Shown piece by piece: positions 1 to 7,096 of a stretch of DNA of 64,000 nt (position 1 is the first letter of the stretch; each line of letters starts with the position of its first letter). Both the position numbers and the translations under genes were made by a program. This DNA is from a candidate division WOR-3 bacterium UBA2258 (GTDB lineage Bacteria > Hydrothermota > Tepidihabitantia > Tepidihabitantales > Tepidihabitantaceae). Below the pieces are notes generated by a model that did not search any database, was not told the DNA's origin, and worked only from the letters and a program-made list of their open reading frames with translations. The stretch spans positions 10,853 through 74,852 of the forward strand of contig DDXO01000025.1 in NCBI GenBank assembly GCA_002347155.1, written 5' to 3'.

Positions 1-771
1 ACTCTGCCCGGCCGAATCCACGTTGCTCTTCACCCGGCAGATCATCATCTTTGCGTCGGGCGCGACTCCGCACTGAGTACCCGCGCTCCCGTCGCTGGCA
101 ACCGTTCCGGCGGTATGCGTACCGTGACCGTGCTGGTCCATCGGGTCATTGTCGTTGTTCTCGAAATCCCACCCGTGGTGCGGGTAGTTCGCGTCGGTCC
201 AGAGGTGGTCGGCGAGGTCCGGGTGGGTGTAGTCGCACCCGGTGTCGATATGGCCGCAGACCACGCCCTGCCCGGTGTACCCCAGGGCCCAGACTGCCGG
301 GGCGTCTATCTTGTCAACGCCCCAGGTTATCTCCTCGGTGCCCTCGTTCTGCTGCTCCGGTTCCGGCAGATCCGGGCAGTGCACCCGGTCATAATCTACG
401 TAGCTTGCCTCGGGCCGTTCCGCGAGTTGCTGGATGACCGCCGGCGTCGCCTCACAGTACACCGCGTTCACAACCCAGAACGTCTGGACGTTCTGTGCGT
501 CAGTAGAGGCCAGATACGCGAGTAAGCCGGCCTGCTGCTCGGCGGAGTACTCCCGCAGAATCCGTGCCACTTCCGCGCGGCGCTGGGGCCTGGGCATGCC
601 GTCAACCAAGCTGTTGAGCAGGTCCCGGTCGAACTGCTCCTCCAGCACGACGTGCACCGGCAGTCGCTCGTCTGCCTGTGCCTTGGTCAGGCGCTGCTGC
701 AACTCCGGGCCGATCAGCGCTAAGCTCATTCCGGCCAGCACCAGCACCAATATCACGACCATTCTCGTCAC
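1..771 (-). CDS. Subtilisin-like serine protease (peptidase S8), N-terminal part; 3' end runs off the left window edge
   Basis: Absent from the ORF track because there is no stop in the window. Reverse translation from GTG at 771 (GGAGG 5 nt upstream) gives a signal-like VTRMVVILVLVLAGMSLAL. It then shows GHIDTGCDYTHPDL (catalytic Asp motif) and HGHGTHTAGTVA (catalytic His motif). The frame stays open to base 1. Confidence 0.85.
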   Translation of the reverse strand, partial: MTRMVVILVLVLAGMSLALIGPELQQRLTKAQADERLPVHVVLEEQFDRDLLNSLVDGMPRPQRRAEVARILREYSAEQQAGLLAYLASTDAQNVQTFWVVNAVYCEATPAVIQQLAERPEASYVDYDRVHCPDLPEPEQQNEGTEEITWGVDKIDAPAVWALGYTGQGVVCGHIDTGCDYTHPDLADHLWTDANYPHHGWDFENNDNDPMDQHGHGTHTAGTVASDGSAGTQCGVAPDAKMMICRVKSNVDSAGQS

Positions 772-1026
772 TAATACCTCCGTGGTTATCGCGCCTGCCG
801 TCTCAGTGCAGAACCGCGGCCGGTTCGCTGCTCGCCGGACGCAGCTTCCTTAGTGCAATTGTAGCCATCGCGTGAGGCAAGTCAACGGCACGAGGAAGAG
901 GAGGCCGAATGAGGCTGAAGCTCCGGTCTGGAATTGCCGCAGGGCGACCGCATCGCGAGCGGAGTCAGGACTTGACCAGTCACTCTAACGTCCGGCTTCG
1001 GATTTGACGTCTGAGGCTGGCATTGA

Positions 1027-1054
1027 TTGACAATCCGGGCCTTTTCGCTATCGT
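1027..1054 (+). promoter_or_regulatory. Putative sigma70-type promoter of the rpsP operon
   Basis: TTGACA (1027-1032), 16 nt spacer, TATCGT (1049-1054). It lies about 25 nt upstream of the rpsP TTG start, which has a GAGGAG Shine-Dalgarno. Confidence 0.45.
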
Positions 1055-1079
1055 ATAGTTCCACAATGAGGAGAAAACC

Positions 1080-1421
1080 TTGCTCAGAATTCGATTAAGG
1101 CGTATGGGACTTCGGAACCGGCCCGCCTACCGGGTCGTCGTCATTGACTCGCGCAAGGCGCGCGACGGCGAGTACCTGGAGTCGGTCGGCCACTATGACC
1201 CGCGAACGAAGCTGCTGGAGTTGAAGACCGAGCGCATCGGGCACTGGGTCGCCAAGGGCGCCCAGACCTCGGACACGGTCGGCCGGCTCTTGAGCCGCTA
1301 CGCGCGGCAGCACGCGCCCGCGGCCGAAGTCGTGAACGGCGACAGCACGGCGGCACCCGTATCGACCGAGCCGGTTACCACATCCAAGGATGCGACACCC
1401 CCGGACACACCTAAGGAGTAG
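1080..1421 (+). CDS. rpsP: 30S ribosomal protein S16
   Basis: MLRIRLRRMGLRNRPAYRVVVIDSRKARDGEYLESVGHYDP is a typical S16 N-terminus. TTG start with SD. There is an A/P/T-rich C-terminal tail. Confidence 0.95.
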   Translation: MLRIRLRRMGLRNRPAYRVVVIDSRKARDGEYLESVGHYDPRTKLLELKTERIGHWVAKGAQTSDTVGRLLSRYARQHAPAAEVVNGDSTAAPVSTEPVTTSKDATPPDTPKE

Positions 1422-1424
1422 GCC

Positions 1425-1655
1425 ATGAAAGAGATGATCGAGCACATCGTGAAGGCGCTCGTCGACCACCCCGACCAGATCAAGGTTACCGAACTCGCCG
1501 GCGAGCGCACGCTTACCTACGAAGTCAAGGTCATGGCGGGCGACCAGGGCAAAGTGATCGGCCGGCAGGGCGCAACCATCGACGCGATCCGGGCGATTGT
1601 CCGCGCCGCTGCCCGCAAGCTCGACAAGCACGCCACGATCGACGTAATCGGCTAG
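1425..1655 (+). CDS. KH-domain RNA-binding protein (YlqC/UPF0109 family)
   Basis: 76 aa with VIGRQGATIDAIRAIV (GXXG KH motif). It occupies the usual position after rpsP. Confidence 0.85.
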   Translation: MKEMIEHIVKALVDHPDQIKVTELAGERTLTYEVKVMAGDQGKVIGRQGATIDAIRAIVRAAARKLDKHATIDVIG

Positions 1656-1687
1656 ACGGTCCGCGGACTCAAGCGCCATCACGACCA

Positions 1688-2422
1688 ATGCAGGCAGCCG
1701 TCATTACGTTGTTCCCCGACTACTTCCGCGGCCCGTTCGAATGCGGGCCGACGCGGGTCGCGCGGGCTGACGGCAAGCTCGCACTCAGTTTCGTCAATCC
1801 CCGGGACTTCACAAGCGACGCCCATCGCACCGTCGATGACTATCCGTTCGGAGGCGGCGCCGGCATGGTGATGAAGCCCGAGCCGCTCTCCGCCGCAATC
1901 GAGAGCGTGCGCCGGCCCACAAGTCTGGTCGTACTTCTAACGCCGCAGGGCGAGCGCTTCACCCAGCCGCTGGCCGAGGAACTCAGCCACGCCGACCATC
2001 TGGTGCTCGTCTGCGGCCGTTACAAGGGCGTCGACGAGCGCGTCCGCACACTGGTCGACCGCGAGGTCTCTGTCGGCGACTACGTGCTTGCCGGCGGTGA
2101 AGCGGCGGCCGTCGTCGTCATCGAGGCCGTTGCCCGGCTCCTACCCGGCGCGGTCGGCGACGAGGATTCGGTCGCGACCGATTCGTTCTCGGCCGGCATC
2201 CTCGACGCCCCCTACTACACGCGGCCGCGCGAGTTCCGCGGCCTCGAAGTACCGGAAGTTCTGGTGTCCGGCGACCATGCTTCGGTCGCCCGCTGGCGCC
2301 GGGAACAGGCTTTGAAAACAACCGCCCGACGCCGGCCTGAACTGCTGCGCAACGAGGTCCTGAGCGAATCCGAGCGCGAGTTCCTCTGCCGCGAACTTGA
2401 AAAGGAGACTATCAATGGCTAA
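1688..2422 (+). CDS. trmD: tRNA (guanine37-N1)-methyltransferase
   Basis: [30 protein letters not shown] and [13 protein letters not shown] are TrmD hallmarks. Confidence 0.95.
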   Translation: MQAAVITLFPDYFRGPFECGPTRVARADGKLALSFVNPRDFTSDAHRTVDDYPFGGGAGMVMKPEPLSAAIESVRRPTSLVVLLTPQGERFTQPLAEELSHADHLVLVCGRYKGVDERVRTLVDREVSVGDYVLAGGEAAAVVVIEAVARLLPGAVGDEDSVATDSFSAGILDAPYYTRPREFRGLEVPEVLVSGDHASVARWRREQALKTTARRRPELLRNEVLSESEREFLCRELEKETING

Positions 2423-2813
2423 GAAGGAAGCTGCCAAGGAAGCGAAAGCTGCCGCACCGGTTCGGCACGAGCCGGCCGAAATCCCGCCGCTCCGGCCCGG
2501 CGACACAGTCGCAGTCCACGTGCGAATCGTCGAGGGCGACAAGGAACGCATCCAGCTATTCCAGGGCACAGTCATCCAGATCCGCGGCGCCGGCCAAAAC
2601 AAGAGCTTCACGGTCCGCAAGGTGAGCCGTGGCTACGGTATCGAGCGCATTTTCCCCTACGACACGCCGGCCGTGGCCAAAGTCGAAGTCAAGCGTCACG
2701 GCAAAGTCCGCCGGGCCAAGCTCTACTATCTCCGCGGCCGGAGTGGCCGCGAGGCGATGCTGCACGAGCAGCGGAGTGAGGAACAACCTCGACCGGGAAC
2801 TGTGGCAGAGTAG
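2415..2813 (+). CDS. rplS: 50S ribosomal protein L19
   Basis: [32 protein letters not shown]...[16 protein letters not shown] matches L19. ATG at 2415 follows AAGGAG. The ORF-track start at 2397 is probably too early. Confidence 0.93.
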   Translation: MAKKEAAKEAKAAAPVRHEPAEIPPLRPGDTVAVHVRIVEGDKERIQLFQGTVIQIRGAGQNKSFTVRKVSRGYGIERIFPYDTPAVAKVEVKRHGKVRRAKLYYLRGRSGREAMLHEQRSEEQPRPGTVAE

Positions 2814-3384
2814 CACCCTCTTCTGCGGAGTAGACGAGGTGGGAAGAGGGGCTTTGGCCGGCCCGGTCGTGGCCGCCGCGGTTATCCTCCCACCGCACAC
2901 CGAGATTGACGGTGCGGACGATTCCAAGAAACTGACTCCCAACCGCCGCCTCGAACTGGAGGTGGAAATCAAGCGGCGCGCCCTGGCCTGGTCCGTCTCC
3001 GGCGCCAACCACCGCTATATCGAACTGCACAACATCGCCAACGCCGCGTTCCATGCCATGCGAACCGCGGTGGGACGGCTCAGCATCCAACCGGCGCTCG
3101 TGCTGGCCGACGGATTCGCGATTCCGGACATCGACATTCCCTGCCAGGGCATCATCGGCGGCGACGGAAAGAGCCTTTCCATCGCCTGTGCCTCAATCAT
3201 CGCCAAGGTCTTCCGCGACCGACTGATGACGAAGATGGCCGACTGCTATCCCGGGTACAGCTTCGAACGCCACGTCGGCTACGGCACCGCCGAGCACCTG
3301 CGGGCCTTGCGCGAGCTCGGCCCGTCCCCCATCCACCGCCGCACTTACGCGCCTATCCGCGAACTGACCGCGGCAAACCCGTGA
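2776..3384 (+). CDS. rnhB: Ribonuclease HII
   Basis: [27 protein letters not shown] and [14 protein letters not shown] are RNase HII motifs. The GTG start at 2776 was chosen because the upstream part of the ORF overlaps rplS. The exact start is uncertain. Confidence 0.88.
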   Translation: MRNNLDRELWQSSTLFCGVDEVGRGALAGPVVAAAVILPPHTEIDGADDSKKLTPNRRLELEVEIKRRALAWSVSGANHRYIELHNIANAAFHAMRTAVGRLSIQPALVLADGFAIPDIDIPCQGIIGGDGKSLSIACASIIAKVFRDRLMTKMADCYPGYSFERHVGYGTAEHLRALRELGPSPIHRRTYAPIRELTAANP

Positions 3385-3731
3385 AGCCCAAACCGCTGGG
3401 CCGAAGAGGAGAGGACCTGGCGGCATCGCACTTCCGAGGCATGGGCTGGGAAGTCCTCGAACGCAACTACCGGACCCGGCTCGGCGAAATCGACCTTGTC
3501 TGCCGTGACCACGACACCATCGTCTTCGTCGAGGTCAAGACCCGCACCAGCGCTGATATCGCCCGCCCCGACCAGTCGGTCACGCAGCGCAAACAGGCCA
3601 AGCTGCGCCGGCTGGTGGAGGAATACCTGGTAAAGCACAACCTCGAGTCGTCGGACGTGAGGTTCGACGTTCTCGGCGTCACGCTGGGAGACAGGCGCCC
3701 GGAGTACGAACACATCGCGGGAGCGCTCTAG
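3381..3731 (+). CDS. yraN: YraN family endonuclease (UPF0102)
   Basis: GRRGEDLAASHFRGMGWEVLERNYRTRLGEIDLVCRD..IVFVEVKTR. The GTGA start overlaps the rnhB stop. Confidence 0.85.
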   Translation: MKPKPLGRRGEDLAASHFRGMGWEVLERNYRTRLGEIDLVCRDHDTIVFVEVKTRTSADIARPDQSVTQRKQAKLRRLVEEYLVKHNLESSDVRFDVLGVTLGDRRPEYEHIAGAL

Positions 3732-5272
3732 TGCTGTCGCGCGTACTCTCGGCCTCGACCTTCGGCGTGGACGGCTACATCGTCACCGTCGAGACGGACA
3801 TCACCCACGGCCTCTCAGCCTTCAACATCGTCGGCCTGCCCGACGCCGCGGTCAAGGAATCGCAGCACCGGGTCCAGGCCGCGGTCAAGAACTCAGGGTT
3901 CAACTTCCCCAACCGCAGGATTACGGTCAACCTCGCGCCGGCCGACGTGAAGAAGGAAGGCCCGGGCTTCGACCTGCCGATGGCGGTCGGCATCCTTGCC
4001 GCCGCCGGCACAATCCAGCCGGGACCGCTCCGCGACCTCGGATTCCTCGGCGAACTCTCGCTCGACGGCTCGCTCCGGCCGGTCAAGGGCGCGGTCTCGA
4101 TGGCGGTGGCCGCCAAGCAGGCCGGCCTGCGGGGACTCGTGGTCCCCACCCAGAACGCGACCGAGGCAGCGATGGTCGAAGACCTGCCGGTCTACGCCGT
4201 GAGCTCGCTCATCGAGGCGGCCAACTTCGCCAACGGCGTCGCCGCGATTGAACCCACGCACACCGACGTCGCCGCGCTCTTCGCCCAGGCCGCGATTCAG
4301 CCCGTGGACCTCTCGGAGGTCCACGGCCACGAGCACGCCAAGCGCGCGCTCGAAATCGCGGCTGCCGGTGGCCACAACGCCTTGATGATCGGCCCGCCCG
4401 GCTCGGGCAAAACCATGCTCGCACGCAGGCTTCCGACCATCCTGCCGCCGATGACTTTGAACGAAGCCCTGGAAGCGACCCGAATCCACAGCGTGGTCGG
4501 CACGCTCTCGCCCAACCGGCCCCTGGTGGCGGTGCGGCCGTTCCGCTCTCCGCACCACAATGTCTCGGAATCAGGCGCCATCGGCGGCGGCACGGTTCCG
4601 CGTCCGGGCGAGGCCTCGCTTGCCCACAACGGTGTCCTCTTCCTTGACGAGCTCCCCGAGTTCCGGCGCGATGTGCTCGAGGCGCTCAGACAGCCGCTTG
4701 AAGACGGCGAGGTGACCATCGGCCGGGCCCGCTCGACCTTCACATTCCCGGCCCGGTTCATGCTGATCTGCGCCATGAATCCGTGTCCCTGCGGGTTCTC
4801 CGGCGACCCCCGCCACTCCTGTTCCTGCTCGCCGCCCAAAGTTCGCCACTACCGCAGCAAGATCTCGGGCCCTCTGCTCGACCGCATCGACATCCACATC
4901 GAGGTGCCGGCGCTCAAGTACGACGACATCTCGAACAGGCGGTCCGGCGAAGGCTCGAGCGCGGTCGCCGCGCGGGTGGCGAAGGCCCGCCGCACCCAGC
5001 TTGCCCGGTTTGCCTCGACCGGCACGCGCCACCCGGTATACTCCAACGCCCAGATGGGACCGCAGCTCATCCGCCGCTTCTGTCCGGTTTCCGCCCAGAG
5101 CGACGAAATCCTCCGGGCCGCAATAGACCGGCTCGGGCTCTCTGCCCGCGCCTACCACCGCGTGCTCAAAGTCGCCCGGACCATCGCCGACCTGGAGGGC
5201 AAGGAGAGTATTCAGCCTTCCCACATCACCGAGGCGGTCCAGTACCGCACGCTGGACAGAACGGCGTGGTGA
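3731..5272 (+). CDS. comM: YifB/ComM family Mg-chelatase-like ATPase
   Basis: 513 aa. It has an N-terminal Lon-like domain, Walker A GPPGSGKT, LFLDELPEF, and a C-terminal Mg-chelatase subunit ChlI-like region. Confidence 0.9.
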   Translation: MLSRVLSASTFGVDGYIVTVETDITHGLSAFNIVGLPDAAVKESQHRVQAAVKNSGFNFPNRRITVNLAPADVKKEGPGFDLPMAVGILAAAGTIQPGPLRDLGFLGELSLDGSLRPVKGAVSMAVAAKQAGLRGLVVPTQNATEAAMVEDLPVYAVSSLIEAANFANGVAAIEPTHTDVAALFAQAAIQPVDLSEVHGHEHAKRALEIAAAGGHNALMIGPPGSGKTMLARRLPTILPPMTLNEALEATRIHSVVGTLSPNRPLVAVRPFRSPHHNVSESGAIGGGTVPRPGEASLAHNGVLFLDELPEFRRDVLEALRQPLEDGEVTIGRARSTFTFPARFMLICAMNPCPCGFSGDPRHSCSCSPPKVRHYRSKISGPLLDRIDIHIEVPALKYDDISNRRSGEGSSAVAARVAKARRTQLARFASTGTRHPVYSNAQMGPQLIRRFCPVSAQSDEILRAAIDRLGLSARAYHRVLKVARTIADLEGKESIQPSHITEAVQYRTLDRTAW

Positions 5273-5278
5273 GGACAC

Positions 5279-5422
5279 CAATGACGAAGTCCGAAGTTCG
5301 GAGCCCGATTGAAACCCGAATGAGTCGCAATGTCCAATTCGAACTCCGGGTTTCGTGCTTCATTCGTCATTCGAGCTTCGGACTTCGAGCTTCCCCCACA
5401 CTCATTCGTCATCCGTGCTTCT
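5279..5422. repeat. Heptad-phased degenerate repeat array forming an imperfect inverted pair (dispersed family member)
   Basis: TTCG recurs at 5363, 5370, 5377, 5384 and 5391 (CATTCGT CATTCGA GCTTCGG ACTTCGA GCTTCCC). The left arm 5281-5304 is the reverse orientation (CGAA at 5285 and 5292). A T6 tract follows at about 5435. Confidence 0.8.
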
Positions 5423-5532
5423 AGCCCCGGGCTTTTTTGAGACCTCAATTCACGACCCTTGCGTCGAATATCGGTCTTTGTACACTTTGACCAGTTTGCG
5501 TACCACTATCAGGGCATAAGAGGAGCTACCAT

Positions 5533-6846
5533 ATGGACCTGGCTAACAAAATCCACGACCGAAAAGCGAAGGTTGGCGTCATCGGCATCGGCTACGTCGG
5601 CCTGCCCCTGAGTATCGAGATCGCCCGCGCCGGATTTGAGACCGTCGGCATCGACATCGACAAAGCCAAAGTCGAGGCGGTGCGCAAGGGCAAGAGCTTC
5701 ATCGGCGACGTCAAAGACGCAGAACTCGCTGAGGTCAGAGGCAAGTTCACAGCCACGACGAACTTCAAGGCCCTCGCCACCTGCGACATCGTGAACATCT
5801 GCGTACCAACCCCGTTCACCCCCTCGAAAGACCCGGACGTCACCTACATCGAAGAGGCGGGCCGCCAGGTCGCGAAGTACTTCAAACCCGGCCAGCTCGT
5901 GATCCTCCGCTCTACGACCTACCCCGAGACCACCGAGAAGGTACTCCAGCCCGTTCTCGAAAAGAACGGCCGCAAGGTCGGCCGCGACTACTACCTTTCC
6001 TTTGTACCCGAACGCATCGACCCGGGCAACCACAAGTTCAACACGCGGACCACGCCCGTCGTGGTCGGCGGCGTCACCAAGGCCTGCACCGACCTCACGG
6101 TCGATTTCTACTCCCGGTTCGTCGAGCGGGTCATCCCGGTCTCCTCGCCCCGCGTCGCCGAGATGTCCAAGCTGCTTGAGAACATCTTCCGCAGCGTCAA
6201 CATCGCCCTTGTCAACGAGATGGCGAAGATGTGCGAACGGATGGGCAACATCGACATCTGGGAAGTCATCAACGCGGCCTCGTCCAAGCCCTTCGGCTAC
6301 ATGCCCTTCTACCCCGGGCCCGGCATCGGCGGCCACTGCATTCTGATTGACCCCTACTACCTTGCCTGGAAGGCCCGCGAATATGACTTCCACTCCGACT
6401 TCATCGAGCTTGCGGCCGAGACCAACGAGTCAATGCCCTTCTACGTCGCCGACCGCATAGTTGAAACCCTGGGCACAAACGGCGTCGCCGCATCCGAGGC
6501 CAGACTCCTGATTCTCGGCGCCGCCTTCAAGGGCAACGTCGAAGACACGCGCCACTCTCCGGCCATCAAGGTGATGGAGCTCACCCAGGACAAAGTCAAG
6601 AGCATCGTCTACCATGACCCCTGGGTACCGGAGATTCACGTCAACGGCGGCAAATTCAAGTCAGTGCCGCTGACCGCGAAGGCGCTCCAGACCGCCGACT
6701 GCGTCGTCGTCTTAACCGACCACAAGTGCTTCGACTACGACTTCATCTTCGAACACAGCCGGCTGATTCTCGACGCCCGCAACGCCATCAAGCGCCGCGG
6801 CTCCCGGAAGCTGTTCACGCTCGGCAACCGCCCGGCCAGGCGCTGA
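5533..6846 (+). CDS. Nucleotide-sugar dehydrogenase (UDP-glucose/GDP-mannose dehydrogenase family, WbpA/WecC-like)
   Basis: N-terminal Rossmann motif VGVIGIGYVGLPLS. Family-typical GGHCI active-site region (PGPGIGGHCILID). 437 aa, with an AAGAGGAG SD. Confidence 0.85.
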   Translation: MDLANKIHDRKAKVGVIGIGYVGLPLSIEIARAGFETVGIDIDKAKVEAVRKGKSFIGDVKDAELAEVRGKFTATTNFKALATCDIVNICVPTPFTPSKDPDVTYIEEAGRQVAKYFKPGQLVILRSTTYPETTEKVLQPVLEKNGRKVGRDYYLSFVPERIDPGNHKFNTRTTPVVVGGVTKACTDLTVDFYSRFVERVIPVSSPRVAEMSKLLENIFRSVNIALVNEMAKMCERMGNIDIWEVINAASSKPFGYMPFYPGPGIGGHCILIDPYYLAWKAREYDFHSDFIELAAETNESMPFYVADRIVETLGTNGVAASEARLLILGAAFKGNVEDTRHSPAIKVMELTQDKVKSIVYHDPWVPEIHVNGGKFKSVPLTAKALQTADCVVVLTDHKCFDYDFIFEHSRLILDARNAIKRRGSRKLFTLGNRPARR

Positions 6847-6951
6847 CCGCCTTCGGCCGTCCGCCTCTCGGGACTCCTAACTTGTCCAGGACGTGGGCAG
6901 CTCAGCCGCACTTGTCCAGAATCCGGAATCCAGTCGGCAATTCGCCGGTGC

Positions 6952-6980
6952 TTGACAGACAAGGAAGACGGATGTCTAAT
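6952..6980 (+). promoter_or_regulatory. sigma70-type promoter of surface-protein paralog 1
   Basis: TTGACA, 17 nt spacer, TCTAAT. Almost identical blocks occur at 10036-10064 and 11679-11707. Confidence 0.65.
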
Positions 6981-7096
6981 CAGATTGATGGAATCGGGTA
7001 ATCGTAGCCCGGTGACCATCCCGGCATCCGGCAGCAACGGGAGGCCTGCTGGATGCTGCAGCAGAGATGCAGCCTCCAACTAGCAAAGGAGAGCAG

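Noticed and set aside
5279-5422. Heptad arrays as CRISPR arrays or as coding 'SFVIRHSSF' peptides.
   Set aside because: The unit length is 7 nt with no spacers, and no cas genes are present. The peptide-like readings appear in all frames and orientations and mostly upstream of better-supported start codons.
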